DNA of 64,000 bases, from the NCBI RefSeq assembly GCF_964213995.1, contig NC_135814.1, positions 54,808,001-54,872,000 on the forward strand, in the 5' to 3' direction. The translations under genes were made by a program, and so were the position numbers. Of this stretch, positions 38,273 through 51,670 are shown piece after piece. This DNA comes from Mustelus asterias. Lineage: Eukaryota. Within the stretch, counting starts at the first letter, position 1. Every line of letters starts with the position of its first letter. The notes below the pieces were generated by a model. That model worked only from the letters and a program-made list of their open reading frames with translations, was not told the origin of the DNA and ran no database searches.

Positions 38273-39320
38273 ATAAAGATATGAAAAAAACCCACACAAT
38301 GTCTGACCATATAATCACTAGTCACAGCTACAAGTCTATCCCTGCCAATTAATACTAGTATGGATGTGGAAGAGATTATGTGCAGGCAAACTTTGTATTC
38401 TCTGGTGACAAATACAAGTTGTGTGCATCCTTGAGAATGAATTGATGATGTCTTTGAGGTGTTTGGAGAATGTTCACCTCCTGGTCAAATAGTTTATATT
38501 CATTAAGGTATGTAGTGTGGGAAATAATGGTGAGTGTGAAAATGAGAAGTGTGGTGTAATGCAGTATTTGTAGGAAGTAATTAGGAATATAATCAGTACT
38601 GTGGCTGGAACTGTGTGCAGAACATAAGAGAATAACATCCTTACCGTGACAACTGAGGCCATTGAACTTGGCTTTGCAGACGTGCCCTGGAAGCTAAGCT
38701 CCTTGCATCAAACAGTTATGTCCAAATGGAAATTGTTTCGTGGCTCAGCACAGATGATCGCAAAGTTGCGACATAAGTATTGCTGTTTCCCCTTAGGCAG
38801 AGTGATGATCCCCTGAGAACAGTAGTGTTTTTGAAACAAATGATTTATCCTGGCATTCTTTCATTGTGAAATGCAGCAAAGCTGATAATTTGTGGAGTGT
38901 AAATTCACATTAAACTCCAATAAAGACGTATATGTTTGTGATTCACTTTTATGTCTAAATTAATCCTGTAACACCAAGGATATGGCATTAATTTTAGCTT
39001 GTAACATTACTAATGTGTCACTCTCTGGGAGAACTATTATTAGCGAATGACTCTATTTCCTCTAATTATGGGGATAACATTGAAACTCCAACACTAGAAT
39101 CATGGAACTGTAACGACTGTACCAGTGCTTATTGTGGATTATTTTATTTTTAAACTGTTTGCTTTATCAGTGAATTGATTATGAAACATATACAAGTGCT
39201 TTCACAGTCTCAGAATTGAGCTCAAAAAGTCAGGAACAGGGCAACTCGAATCCCCTTCAAATGGGATTGTTGAATTTAGCTTACTTATGAAGTATTTGCA
39301 TAGTCTGCACTGGAAATGTA

Positions 39321-39434
39321 GGCCGGAATTCTCCGGTCTTGCATGCCTTGCTGCAGCTGCCGGCAAGAATGGAGAATTTGGGGCTCAGCGGGACCAGAAA
39401 ATCCCAGCTGCAGGTGAGGTCGGAGAATTCTAGC
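39321..39434. mobile_element. Short Harbinger-type MITE
   Basis: TIR ggccggaattctccg / cggagaattctagcc. Confidence 0.6.
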
Positions 39435-39554
39435 CAATAATCTGAGTGTTGTCTGTAGTAGACTTTAAGCTTAGGAGCATGCAAGATTTGATACTGCAAA
39501 GGCTGTTTGAATTAGGTTAATTACTGTAAAGACATGAATGAAAATGTTCGAGAT

Positions 39555-41015
39555 CAGGGGTCTCCAAACTTTTCAGTACGAGGGCCACATCGTATATTTT
39601 ACACATTTTCGGGGGCCAAAGAAAAAAAATTAGTTTTATAAATGAACTGGCGATGATTAAGCCCGTGAGATCGAATGAAATTCACTGTTGCAACAACAGG
39701 TTTCAGAACGCAAGACATATCCACATATTTTCCGCACAATGCTTGTTGATGGATAATGCAATGCAGAAACATGGGCTTTGAGAATCCACCAACCTCACAA
39801 GCTTTTGTGATTTGTCCAACCAAACCTTTCTTCACCCCAGACATGTTCTTTCCTCCATCAATAGTCACGCATTGCAGTTTATTCCACTCCAGGTTATATT
39901 CTAACACAGTTTTTTGCAATTCTTTGAAGATGTCTTCTCCAGTTACTGTGCTGTGCATGCTACGCACTGATGCTAATTCTTGTGTCACATTAAATTCACT
40001 GTCGAAGCCACAGATGAATACTAGGAGTTGTGATGTGTCACACACATCAGTCGATTCATCAAGTGTGAGAGAATACAACTAAAAATTTCTTGCTTTGTCT
40101 GCAATTTGATGAAATATATTGCTTCCTATATCCTTAATTCTACGAGCAACAGTATTTGGCGCAAAACTGATGATTTTGAACAGATTTGCTTTTTCTGGGC
40201 ATAACTCTTCCACTGCTTCCGTTATACACTCTTTGATGAGATCTCCACCGGTGAATGGCTTTCCTCTTTTAGCCAACACATAAGCTAATTTGTAACTGGC
40301 CCTGGTTAAAGCTTCATTTTCAGTTATCTTCTGTGTAAAAAAAGCTTGTTGGGAAAGCAGCCTGCGTTGCATTGATTCAAATGTTTCCGAACACTCTGTT
40401 CCTGTGAATTGGGAATAACTTGGTTCATGTTTGGTCTCATAGTGCCGACGTACATTGTACTCCTTCAAAACTGCAACAGTTTCATTGCATATGACACACA
40501 AGGCTTTATCACCTGCTTGTACAAAGAAGTACTTTACACCCCATTCTTCATTAAACAGGCGGCACTCACTGTCCACTTTTCTTTTTTCCTTCCATAACTG
40601 AATTGGTCTGAATTGCCGCCATCATTGTCATTGTTCTCGCTCATTTCAGACAGATGGAGCTTACGGATTGGATAAAGCAGCTGTCAGTCAATGCAGAGCG
40701 GCAATTGGATAACAGATGTCTCAATTGCTGATTTGTTTAATGAACTGTCAGTCACAGGACGGCAGCTCTGATTGGACAATAGGCCGGTAAAGAGGGCGGG
40801 GATTCCCATGGGTCCATCAGACACCGCATGGAGTGGAAGCAAATGTCCAGCCTGTGGCTTCTGTCACCGTGTCTGGATCCTGAGTCAGTGGCGGGATTCC
40901 GGACGCGGGAGTGTTTTTGGCAGCGAGAATCCTGTCCCGCCCCACTGGCTACGGGCCAGATGTTAGCCCGCTGCAGGCCGGATGTGGCCCGCAGGCCGTA
41001 GTTTGGAGACCCCTA
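39555..41015 (-). mobile_element. Internally deleted hAT (Charlie/GTF2IRD2-like) DNA transposon
   Basis: TIR CAGGGGTCTCCAAACT (39555-39570) / AGTTTGGAGACCCCTA (41000-41015). Transposase remnant has a BED-type finger (CVIC...RRHYETKH), LDESTD, TIDGG and HCIIH. One in-frame TAG at 40079-40081 and a frameshift after the ATG at 40595. Truncated after GLNHRQF. Confidence 0.93.
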
Positions 41016-41239
41016 GATGTAGAGAGATAGAGAAGCTAGGTTGATCAAACAAATAGGAAATGATGTTATTCTTTTCCCTCCGTCCAGGGAATTATATGAA
41101 AGAAAACAAACTTACACTATGTTGTGAAAGGGGCTATATAAATGTATCTGCACTTCACAGCCACTTTCATCGTTTTCTTAAAATATGGAAAACTCTCCCC
41201 AATTTGATAGGCTAAGTGTACAGCTACTCAGATATTTTG

Positions 41240-41620
41240 GTTACCTAAGTAGAGTGGAGAAGTTGGGGCTGTTCTCATTGGAGAAAAGAATTGAGAGATT
41301 TGATGGGAGATATTGTAAGTCACAAGAGATCTGGATAGAGGGAGAAGATGTTCCTATTGGTGGATTTGAGAACTAAAGGGTGCAGATTGAAGATAATCAA
41401 CAAAAGAAGCAACTGCAACTTGAATGGTTAACATCTGGGATGCACTGCCTGGAGGCAGGTTCAATCGAGGCATCCAAAAGGGAAAATTGGATTATTATCT
41501 GAAACGGAAGCATGTGCAGAGAGGGGAGTGGCTCCAGTTGAATTGCTCCTTCATTGAGACAGCACAGTTGCTACGGACCAAATTGGCGTTATCTGTGCTC
41601 TGACCATTCTATAATTCTGA
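41240..41620 (+). mobile_element. Old CR1 3' fragment
   Basis: RVEKLGLFSLEKR motif and tail ccattctataattct. Confidence 0.7.
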
Positions 41621-44600
41621 GAGAACATTGTAAGCAACATATCCACTGTAGTAGAAAACATTACAATATGTAATTTCTAAAAATATTATTTTAATCCACA
41701 TCTACACCCTAACATTACTGTACTGGAGGCAATTTGCCCTGTGCTGCTTTGTCTGTTTTCCTGACAGGCTGAGGAACTACTGTACATTGAAACATTAATT
41801 GGCTCTAGATAATTATCAGTTGCAGAAATTAGACAAATTTTTCAGTGTTGCTAACCTGCTGATAGTATGGCTTTTTATAATGCAGTGACAATTTAATTTT
41901 TTTAAATTGCTGGAAGATTTGCTGTCACGTTCTCGGTTTGCTAGCATTGGCGCCACTGGTAAGCAACAGATCGGTTTTAGTTAAGCACTTTCATTTTATG
42001 TGCAGTGAATTCTGTCATTAACTACTCAGTACTAAGTTAATTATTTGTGATTAATGATTTTGCAAACAAGGTATGCATTGCGGACTTTGATGTTCAGCCT
42101 TTAAATTGATTAAAACTTTACCCTTAAAGTAACCAGACCAAGTCACTGAGTTCTCTTAAACAGCTGTTTTAATGCAAGCGAGATGGCGAGGACCCTGAAA
42201 AGTCACAGGTTAGTGCCGGTAACTAGCCAGAGCTAAGAATTCTGGAATACACAAGCAGTTATAGTTTCAAAGTTCAAGGTATTGGAGGTATCTGTATTCA
42301 CTCACAGTTATTGATTTAAGGATACATCATGCATAAGATGCAGATATTAAAACCAATCACAATCATTACACACCTGCATAATTATAATATACATTCAGTG
42401 TGAAGACTTAATCATGTGAGCGGATCTATTTCATCATAGTTACAAGTTATCATTGATGTCCCAGTTTATGTCTGTGGATATCACTCCCTTCTCAGGTTCA
42501 CTCAGTTCCAGATGTCTGATTTAATGAATTCTCTCAGACTAAAGGCCTTGGTGTTTATCTGTGAAGACTATTAGAAAGATGTCTGTTTTTTTTCTCATAG
42601 CAGCTTATATGATTTTTTTTTAAACTAGTGATTATTAACCCTTTCAGTATGTACGCAGTTTAACAAGCAATCTACTTGACCACTTAGCGACGCTATCCAT
42701 TCTTTTTGACGGGAAGCTGATTCTGCAATAACTTCCCAGGATCTGATTGGGAATGGCCAGGGGTCTGATTAGTTGGAGAACAACTGACCTTGAGAAGATG
42801 GTGGTGAGATGACGCCTTGAACCGCTACCGTCCCAATAGTGTAGGTACACCCACAGTGCTGTTAGGGAGGAAATCTGTATGTTTGGGCTCAGCGTGTTTT
42901 GAGGGCTGAGTATTGCAGCTCCTGGCATGCTCTGGACTCCAATGTGGAGTGTGGTGGGGAGACGGGCCACGCGCGCCGCACACAGTTTCCAGTTTTCATC
43001 TGACAGTTGTGGAAGCAGCAGGAGCGTGAGTGACGGGTTTGGCCATTCTAACAACACATTCTAACAATGTGTGCAAAAGGTACCATGGAAACTTGCAACC
43101 AAGAGACTGGGTACAGCGTGAAAGATTAGCCCACATTAGAGTCAGGAGCAGGTAGGGATGGGTTGCTCCATACCGCTAAATGCTCCCGTTGGTTAAGGCA
43201 GCTGGAGCTCAAGTCCTGGTAATTTTAGTTCCATGCTGCTATGAGTCTGGGCCTTGGTGAAGCCCAGGTACAGTATTTACTTCATGCAGCTGAGACACCC
43301 AGGGGCAGTACCAGCTCAATAACGCCACCTGGGGCAAAGGAAAGCTCAGGAGTAGTGATGCTCTTCTCAGAGCAGCTAAGAAGCTGGTGTTGTGCCCGTG
43401 ATTTGACGCTTGGTTACAATTTTGTGAACCCAGTGAGCTGCAGTGTCAGCAACTGGGATGTTGCTGACGTGATCAGTTCTTGGGGCAGTCTGAGTTGGAG
43501 TGGTTATTGAGGGGAATCCGTATATCCTCAAGAGAATAATTAAAATTCCTCATGCAAAATAACCGTGCTTTATAGGATTTTGTGATTTGGCAATCGCTGG
43601 TGTCTGGGTGAGGTACTGAGAAATTAGTGGGATCAGTCTTGTTAGCATCTGCCATTTAACCTGCTGACCACAGTTTGCTTGGCAATTCATGTTAATTCTA
43701 CATGTTCGGGTATAAGATGGTTACTATTGACTATTTGCTTTGCTGACTTTGTGGAATTTTATGGCTTTATTCTCCTTTAGTAGGGGTTTCAACTTCTGCC
43801 TACTTTACAACAAAATGTTTCTGGTCCCTAACTGGATTGTAACAAAATTTGGAATGGGATAGCAGTCTGTGATCTGGTCTGGGATCATAACATACTCTTT
43901 ACAAGAAGTAAACTAGTACTACTGCAGGGAAAATAGACTAGGGCTTGACATGGAATTTGAGAAAATGTTGATTATTATTAATTCATGTGATTTAATAATG
44001 CAAGAGTTGGAGGTCTTATGTTAAGTTCCCTTAAAATCATCAATGGTATCAGATGACACCCGAAATGACATTCTCCATGCACCCATTCTGTGTATTATTC
44101 AGATTGTAAACAGTACTGCTTAAAAAGAAGTCTTTTTCCTGTTGAAACCATTAGTCAGTGCTTCTACTTTTTGAGACCAGCTGTCAACGTTCTTTCCAAG
44201 CTCCATATTGTCTGCGGTATCTCTTCAGATTTTTCTGAGATGCTCCTGCTCCAATTGTCAGCCTTGGCTCAGTGGTAAGATTCCCACTTTCCTTGGAAGG
44301 TCAATACCGTATTGAGGAAAAACAAATACACTGAGGCTATCAGTTTAAGATGCCCTCCAACACATCACTTTTGAAATGCGTGGAATAAGAGGGGAGATGG
44401 CAGGGTTGAATCACATTCCTGACCACCCCCCCAACCATCTTAATCACTTAAAACAGGCATTGAATGGTCACCCACTGCAGGGTCCTACTTTATATGCAAT
44501 TGTCATGAGCTGCTGTCATTGTTGTTCAATACCATTTAACTAAAGATCTCAGAGGCTACATTTAGCCAAGTCCAATTTCAAGACCTGACTGAAGATGACA

Positions 44601-44699
44601 ATGAAGCCAAGAAGACAACATTATAAATCAGCTGGAAATCTTCATTGTCTGAATCACCCAATTTTATTATTTCTCCAATATTAACATGTGTAGGGAGTA

Positions 44700-46520
44700 G
44701 GGTATCACAGAATTGTTCTGGTGCAGAAAGAGGGCATTTAGCCCATCCTGTCTGCACCAGCTCTCCAAACGAGCATCATGACTTGGTGCTGTTTCCACGT
44801 ACGCCTGCACATCGTTTCTATTGAAATAATCATCTCATGCCCTCTTGAATGCCTCAATTGAACCTGCTTCCACCACACTTCCAGGCAGCATTCCAGACCC
44901 GAACCACTCACTGTGCGAAAAAGTATTTTCTCACATCACAGTTGCTTCTTTTGCAAATCACTTTAAATCTGTGCCCCCTCATTCTTCATCCTTTTACAAG
45001 CAGGAACAGTTTCTCCTTATCTACTCATTCCAGTACCCTCATGATTTTGAACAGCTCTATCAAATCTCTTATCCTCCTTCTCTCCATGGAGAACTTCTCC
45101 AAACTATCTTCAAAACTGAAGTTTGTCATCCCTGGAATCATTCTTGTAAACCTCTTCTAAACTCTCTCCAATGCATTCATATCCTTCCTATAGTGTGATG
45201 TGGTGATGCCGGCGATGGACTGGGATAGGTGCTACTCCTTCGTGATGAAGGAGCAGTGCTCCAAAAGCTCGTGCTACCAAATAAAACTGTTGGACTTTAA
45301 CCTGGTGTTGTGAAACTTCTTACTGTTCCTATAGTGTGGCATCCAGAACTGTACACAATATTTCAGCCAAGGTCTAACTGGTGTTTAGTACAAGTTCAGC
45401 ATACCCACCTTACTCTTGAACTTTATGCTTGCACTCTATGCCCCAATTAATAAAGCCCAGAATACCATATGCTTTATTAACTGTTCTCTCCACCAGTCCT
45501 GCTACGTGCAATGATCTATGCACATATACACCCAGATCCCTCTGTTCCTGCACCCTTTAATAATTTTACCCATTTTATAGTCTCTCCATGTTCTTCCTAC
45601 CAAAATGCATGACCTTGCACTTCTCCGCATTGAACTTCATCTGCCTCCTATCTGCCCACTCCACCACCTTGTCTGTGTCCTTTTGAAGTCCTGCATTGTC
45701 CTCTTCGCAGTTTACAATACTTCCAAATTTTGTATCAACCACAAACTTTGTAATTGTTCCCTGCACACCAAGATCCTGATCTTTAATACATATCAGGTAA
45801 AGCAAGGATCCCAGTATCAACCGTTGGGAACACCGCTACAAACTTTTCCCCAGCTTGAAAAATACCCATTGACCATTTATTTCAAACAAACTATGATGTA
45901 ACATAAGAAATAGGAACCTGCTCCACCATTCAGTAAGGTCATGGCTGATCCGCCATCACAACTACCATCTCCCACTGCCCCATACCAATTCCCTCAGTAC
46001 CAAAAATCAACCTGTCACTTTTAAATGTACTTGATGACTGAGCCACAGCCTCTGGGATAGAGAATTCCAAAGATTCACGACCCTTTGAGTGAAGAAATTT
46101 CTCCTCCTCTCAGTCCTGAGTGATCCAATCCCTTATTCTGGCTTTAGTTCTAGAAGAACAAACAGCCTGCACAAGTCTCTAAAAAAAATTTATTTGTTTC
46201 ATTGCAATCACCTCTCATTCTTCCAAAGATGTAAAATGATAGAATGGTTACAGAAGGAGAACATTTGGCCTGACTTTTCCCTGTAGTTGTGCAAAATTTT
46301 CTTCTTAATATGATGATCCAATTCTCTTTTGAAAGCCAGGATTGAATCTACCTCGATCAGTGCATTCCAATCCTAAACACTCCATGAAATAATTTTCCTC
46401 ATGTCACCGTTTTTTAAAATATAAGCCAGTCTACTTAGTCTCTTCACCTGGAACAAACCACTCATCTCAGCAATCCGTCTAGTCAGTTTTCACTCCCTCT
46501 AAGACAATTGTATCCTTCCT
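44700..46520 (-). mobile_element. Cluster of old CR1 3' fragments
   Basis: ORF 45575..45820 (KFVVDTKFG...WADRRQMKFNAEKCKVMHFGRKN); further CR1-type tails at 45900 and 46235. Confidence 0.75.
45198..45325 (+). mobile_element. Tiny Penelope terminal-repeat insertion with 13-bp TSD and decayed hammerhead
   Basis: TTCCTATAGTGTG at 45185-45197 and 45326-45338. gtgatgaaggagcagtgctccaaaagctcgtg...ggactttaacctggtgttgtgaaacttcttac matches 54167-54255. Confidence 0.85.
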
Positions 46521-46767
46521 TAGATAATACTTTGTGCATACTCTGGATATTTCTCCTATTTCACCACCCTAAAGACAACAAAGGCAAAAGCCTTTCAATT
46601 TTTTAAGCACAACCCATCAAATTTGACTGCTTTGAGAGAGCTCTCATTCATAATGAGCATAACTGCAGTGCTTCCTCAGTTATCAGCGGCATCAATTATC
46701 AATCTATCTCAAAATTGCTCAAATCTATTCTTGAATTTTGTTGTTTGAGATCAATCTCATGATGGTG

Positions 46768-47057
46768 GTTGACACAGCTCCTTCCAAATCCACAACCTCT
46801 ACAACTGAGAAGGACAAGGGCAGCAACTGCAGGGGAACACCATCACCTGCAAGTTCCCCTCCAAGCCTCACACCAACCTACCATTCTTTCACTGTCACTG
46901 GGTCAAAATCCTGGAGCTCCCTCCCTAAACTGCTGTACTACCATGGACTGCAATGGTTCAAGAGGCAGCTCACCACCACCTTCTCGAGGGCAATTAATGA
47001 TGGGTGATAAATGTCAGCCAAACCAGCAATCCTCGCATCCCATGAAAGAATTTTAAA
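46768..47057 (+). mobile_element. 3' fragment of a second CR1/L2-superclade LINE family
   Basis: cttccaaatccac...gggaacaccatcacctgcaagttcccctccaagcc...gggcaattaatgatggg; related copies at 54850 and 60040. Confidence 0.65.
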
Positions 47058-48416
47058 AATGCATTATTGGCTTGGACTACCATAACACCCACCTACTGCA
47101 AGTGAGAGTGTTGATGAGGGTCTGTGCATTTGGAATGTACTGTCTCATTTACAGTCCTGAAAATAAACTCCTGATCCAGTTATGCTGCTACAGTGCTTGA
47201 ACTATGCTCCTCTGAATTCACACCATCTGGCCATTTTAAAGCAACAACTTCAATGAAGCATAAAATCAGGCAGGATGTAAATGGGGAGTTTACTCTCAAT
47301 CTGCCCCATTCATACTGGATGGGTCAGGTTAAAATCAGGGCTTCAGTTTAAAATGGCAGAACCCAGAGTCCACCTTCAATATCTTGCTACATAAGATCTA
47401 TTCAAATGATTGTTGTTAAGTTAGATTTGTCTATTTTTAATCTAATGTGATTTTGAAGTTTGTTTCCTCAGACAGATAGGAATTACAATAGACCATTTGA
47501 GAAAACTTGTAATATTCAATCCAAAATGTTTTGTTCCAAAGGGAGAAAATTCAGCATTATGCAACATGTATGTTACTTGTTCAGGTTTCTTTTCACCCTG
47601 GTTTTATCACTAGGCAGAATAAAAGCAAAATGTATGAGTACGTAAAATGTGGAATTATTCTATGCTTGAAATAGATTCTCTGGACATATTGCTTTCATGT
47701 TCTCTTGCCCAAACTCACTACGTTGAAACCCTATGTACACTGTCACTGCACAGAATGTTTGCTACCCCTGTAGTCGTGAGAAATAGGACCTTTTGGTTAC
47801 TTGCAAGGTCAACTGTAACTGCCTGTTCCTTTCCAAAGTCACGTTTTAGGTACTCAGTTATTGATGATGTCCTTTTATAGTGTTTGTTTTGTGTTGTCTC
47901 TTTTTTCCCCCTCCATATAAGTGTTGGAAGGATTAGCAAGCTGATTATCAGCCTGAATGCTCCTTCTGTAGCTCACAAGGCCTGGAATGGAACTTGAAGC
48001 CAGAGCTACTGGCTCAGGCAGGAATAATAACTACAGAACCACGAGACATCTCCTCTTGTAGTGTTGAATGGGTGATATTAATGTACAGCTCTGAAAGACC
48101 AATCATCCAAAACCTCAACATCTATGTGAGAACGCTATATCCATGTTTAAATTACCAGAACCTTGAGATGAATCACTTCATTTGAATACTTAATTCCATA
48201 AATTAAATTTTGGAAAAGGGATGCTATTTTTGAGATTCCTCAGTCAGATTGATTTACTTATTTAAAGCCAATGTTCTTGAATGCCTGATATATGCTCTAA
48301 AGCATTTAGAATATTCTCACTTCATCTGCTATAAGTCTGCATATAATGAGCCATCTTCTTCCCACCCAAAAAAAGAGCAACTCCTATTTCATTGGGATAT
48401 TACAAAACAAAAACAT

Positions 48417-48545
48417 TGGCCGGAATTTTGCCATCCCGTCCGCCATGGAAATAGGAATGGGCGAGGGACAGACCGTGGAAAGGTCGTTTGACCTTGGGTG
48501 TGATTTTATGGTTTCGGAATGAGCGAAGCCATAAAATCCCTCCCA
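48417..48545. mobile_element. Short Harbinger-type MITE
   Basis: ggccggaatttt ... aaaatccctccc inverted ends; same family as 31778. Confidence 0.6.
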
Positions 48546-48799
48546 TTGTTTCCATAAAAATAAAATACTGTGTATTGTGGGAATCTGAAGTAGAAACAGA
48601 AGTGCTGGAAATACAGCAGTTCTGAAGAAGTCGCATTCAATTCAACGGTAACTGTTTTTCTCTCCTACACTGTTTTTCTAGATATATTGCATTCCATCAT
48701 TAATTTTTATGCATTATCCTTTTTACTTTCATGAGTTGTTTTTTTACTTAATTGTGTTGATATTTTCTTCTTTTAAGTTTTCCCATGTTTATCTTTCAG

Positions 48800-48853
48800 A
48801 CAACAGTCATTGAAAATCGACTCTCTCTACATCCTGTTAAAACCATTACCCAG
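48800..48853 (+). CDS. RAPGEF4: RAPGEF4 54-nt cassette exon (~exon 7): TTVIENRLSLHPVKTITQ
   Basis: atctttcag acceptor, CAG|gtaatg donor, phase 0-0. The 18 aa align with mammalian TPLIEPHVPLRPANTITK. Confidence 0.88.
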
Positions 48854-49969
48854 GTAATGGGAATTTACAACTGAACTGCTTTACGATGAAGATTGTATGA
48901 AATTATGTAGACTAATAATTTATCTGAATATAACTTTCTCAAAGTAAAATAGAATCCCAATAATCACTAAGAGCAGTCAAATATTTAACGTGCTGAAATG
49001 GGATCCCAATTTGGCTCATCGAGAACCAACTGAAGAGCAGCCCCACTGTCAGCAACATTTCTAATGTTAAAACAGAAAATATTAAATTCCCTCATAGTTT
49101 TTACATTTTAATTTTGATTATTTAATTTGTTTCTTAAAATTTTTTAAAATAAAAAAATTCTACCTCATTGCTTTAGAAACAGCATATTTACCACTTGCTT
49201 TAAGATGCAATTTAAAAACTGAATCCTTTCCTTCTCCCCGATGTACTTTATGAACGGTATGTTTTGTCTGCATAGTGTGCAAAAAACAGTACTTTTCACA
49301 CTATCCCAATACGATAATAAATCCAACCTAAGGCTTACGACACAGGCTGGGATTTTGCGCCTGCGTTTGCCATGTGCAAGAATGTCGACGTGTGCGTAAA
49401 ATCCCGTAACAATCAGAAAATGAAAACCTCGCTGGCAAAGTCTCTTCCAGATTTTCCTTGCCCCTCGCTGGTGGCATAACCAGGAATCTCAATGTCATTT
49501 AAGGGCTTCCCCGCCGTATCATCCCCCACATTGCGACATCACATTAGCGAAGTTTGCAACAGGTTATTAAAAATGGGAACAAGGCTACGGGAACCCGCCA
49601 GGGGTGCACAAGTAACTATAATACCCGAGGGAGAGGGGGGAGAGACGTGCCCTGGCATTACCCCCAAGTGCTAGGGGACAGTGTCGGGGGCCCCATGAGG
49701 AGCTCCTCTGGGTGGGGCGGGGGGGGGGGTCCTGTTAACGTAGAGAGGGATCACGTGTGTGGGTTTCTGTTTTTTAATTGCGATTAGGGCACCCCGATCT
49801 TGGGATTCCCGGCATTGCCAGCTTTTTCCAGCCCACACTGATCTCAGCGTTCCTGGCAAGAAAGCCGGCTGTGCAGCCAGCGAACTGCACATTGGTTTTC
49901 TCACCTCAGGCAGCACTCTGAAAATAAAGAGTTTGGCCACATTGCATGAACTTCTTGCTGTTTAGTTGC

Positions 49970-50585
49970 ATCACAGTCGTCTTTGACATCAAAGCAGCAT
50001 TTAACAAATGTGACATCAGTGAATCTTAGAAAAATCTCCACTGATTGGAGGCGTATCTAGCACAAATGAAGATGGATGTGTTTGTCAGAGAAAAACATCT
50101 CAGCCCCAACACATCACAGCAGCAATTCCTCAGGACAGTGGACCCTGACCCAAACAGCTTCAGCTGCTTCATCAATTACCTTCCCTCCAACATGGGAATG
50201 TTCAGTGATTATTACAGTGTTCAGTTCCATTCGTAAACTTTTCCATATAAGAGTGCAGCAAGAACTGAATAATGTTCAGACTTGGACTAATGGATGGCAA
50301 GTAACATTCACAGCACACAAGTGCCAGGCATTGACCTTCTCCAACAAGCAATAATCTGGCCACCTCTTGCCCTTGAATGGCATTATCATCACTGAATTCC
50401 CCATCAGCATCAAGAACCTGACCTGGACCAGCCACACACAAACTGTGGCTGCAAGAGCAGGTCCATAGACTAGGATTTTGGCAATGAGTAACTCACCACC
50501 TGACTCCCCAAAATCTGTCCACCACCTACACACAAGTCAGGCATGTAATAAAATACACTCCACTTGCCTGGATGAGTGTTATTAA
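49970..50585 (+). mobile_element. LINE RT fragment (second CR1/L2-superclade family)
   Basis: LDIKAAF-like (cttgacatcaaagcagcattt-type sequence at ~49981) and WQVTFTAHKCQ motifs; homologous to 59680-60550. Confidence 0.65.
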
Positions 50586-51231
50586 TAGAATCACAGAATT
50601 CCTATAGTACAGAAGGTGGCACGGTAGCACAGTGGTTAGCACTGCTGCTTCACAGCTCCAGGGACCTGGGTTCGATTCCCGGCTTGGGTCACTGTCTGTG
50701 TGGAGTTTGCACATTCTCCTCGTGTCTGCGTGGGTTTCCTCCGGGTGCTCCGGTTTCCTCCCACAGTCCAAAGATGAAAGGTTGATTGGCCATGCTAAAA
50801 ATTGCCCTTAGTGTCCTGAGATGCGTAGATTAGAGGGATTAGCGGGTAAAATATGTAGGGATATGGGGGTAGGGCCTGGGTGGGATTGTGGTCGGTGCAG
50901 ACTCGATGGGCCGAATGGCCTCTTTCTGTACTGTAGGGTTTCTATGATTCTTTCTTTCTAAGGAGGCCATTTGGCTCATCGAGCCTGAACTGACAACATA
51001 CTATCCCCATAACCCCACGTATTTGCCCTGCTAATCTCCCTGACACAAGGGCTATTTAGCATAGCCAATCAACCTAACCCGCACATCTTTGAACTATGGG
51101 AGGAGACCGGAAAAGCCCACACAGACATGGGGAGAATGTGCAAACTCCACATAGCCAGTGACCTGAGGCCGGAATTGAACCCGGGTCCCTGGAGCTGAGA
51201 GCAGTGCTAACCACTGTGCCACCGTGCCGCC
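50586..51231 (-). mobile_element. HE1-type V-SINE (host), split at its 3' tail
   Basis: Tail tagaatcacagaattcctatagtacagaagg (50586-50616) continues as aggaggccatttggctcatcgag (50961) through to the tRNA head at 51231. Confidence 0.82.
50615..50959 (+). mobile_element. Young HE1-type V-SINE inserted into the tail of an oppositely oriented SINE
   Basis: Complete A box, B box, V-domain and tttctatgattct tail. Confidence 0.9.
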
Positions 51232-51269
51232 TGTAACTAATACTGATGGTCGTGAATTAAAATTGGTTG

Positions 51270-51670
51270 TGATAGAAAGGAAGAACCTGCATTTAGCACC
51301 TTTCATTTCCTCACAATATCCTTGAACACTTTACTGCAAGTTAAGTACTTTGCAAGTGACTCCAGTATTGCAACATAGGAAATGTGGCAGCTAATTTGTG
51401 CACAGCAATACACTGACCAGGTAATTTGATTTTAGTGATGTTGGTTGAGGGATAAGTATTGGCCATGACTTCGAGGGACATCTCAGCCAAAAGGCCATGC
51501 ACTCCAACAGTGCACAGTAAGAAGTCTCACAACACCAAATTAAAGTCCAACAGTGCAGCACTCCCTCAGTAATGCACTAGATGTCGGCCTCGATTTTGTG
51601 CTCAAGTCTCGAGGAGGGCTTAAACCAACAAAGTCTTGACTGAGCTGAGAGTGCTACTCGTCTGCCACAG
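51270..51670 (-). mobile_element. Deu-domain SINE (SacSINE/AmnSINE-like) with a ~31-bp Penelope fragment inside
   Basis: cagtgcagcactccctcagtaatgcact and gttggttgagggataagtattggcc Deu-type motifs. TCCAACAGTGCA is duplicated at 51503-51514 and 51546-51557 around cagtaagaagtctcacaacaccaaattaaag. Confidence 0.65.

Noticed and set aside
39599-40576. Domesticated GTF2IRD2/ZBED-like gene
   Set aside because: Flanked by TIRs, interrupted by a stop and a frameshift, and C-terminally deleted, so it is a transposon relic.
42030-43890. Possible LTR/ERV relics here and at ~6470-7300, 26500-27130, 54360-54830, 58790-59600 and 60550-61050
   Set aside because: Composition and some end motifs are suggestive, but I could not find paired LTRs, TSDs or protein motifs, so they are not reported as features.
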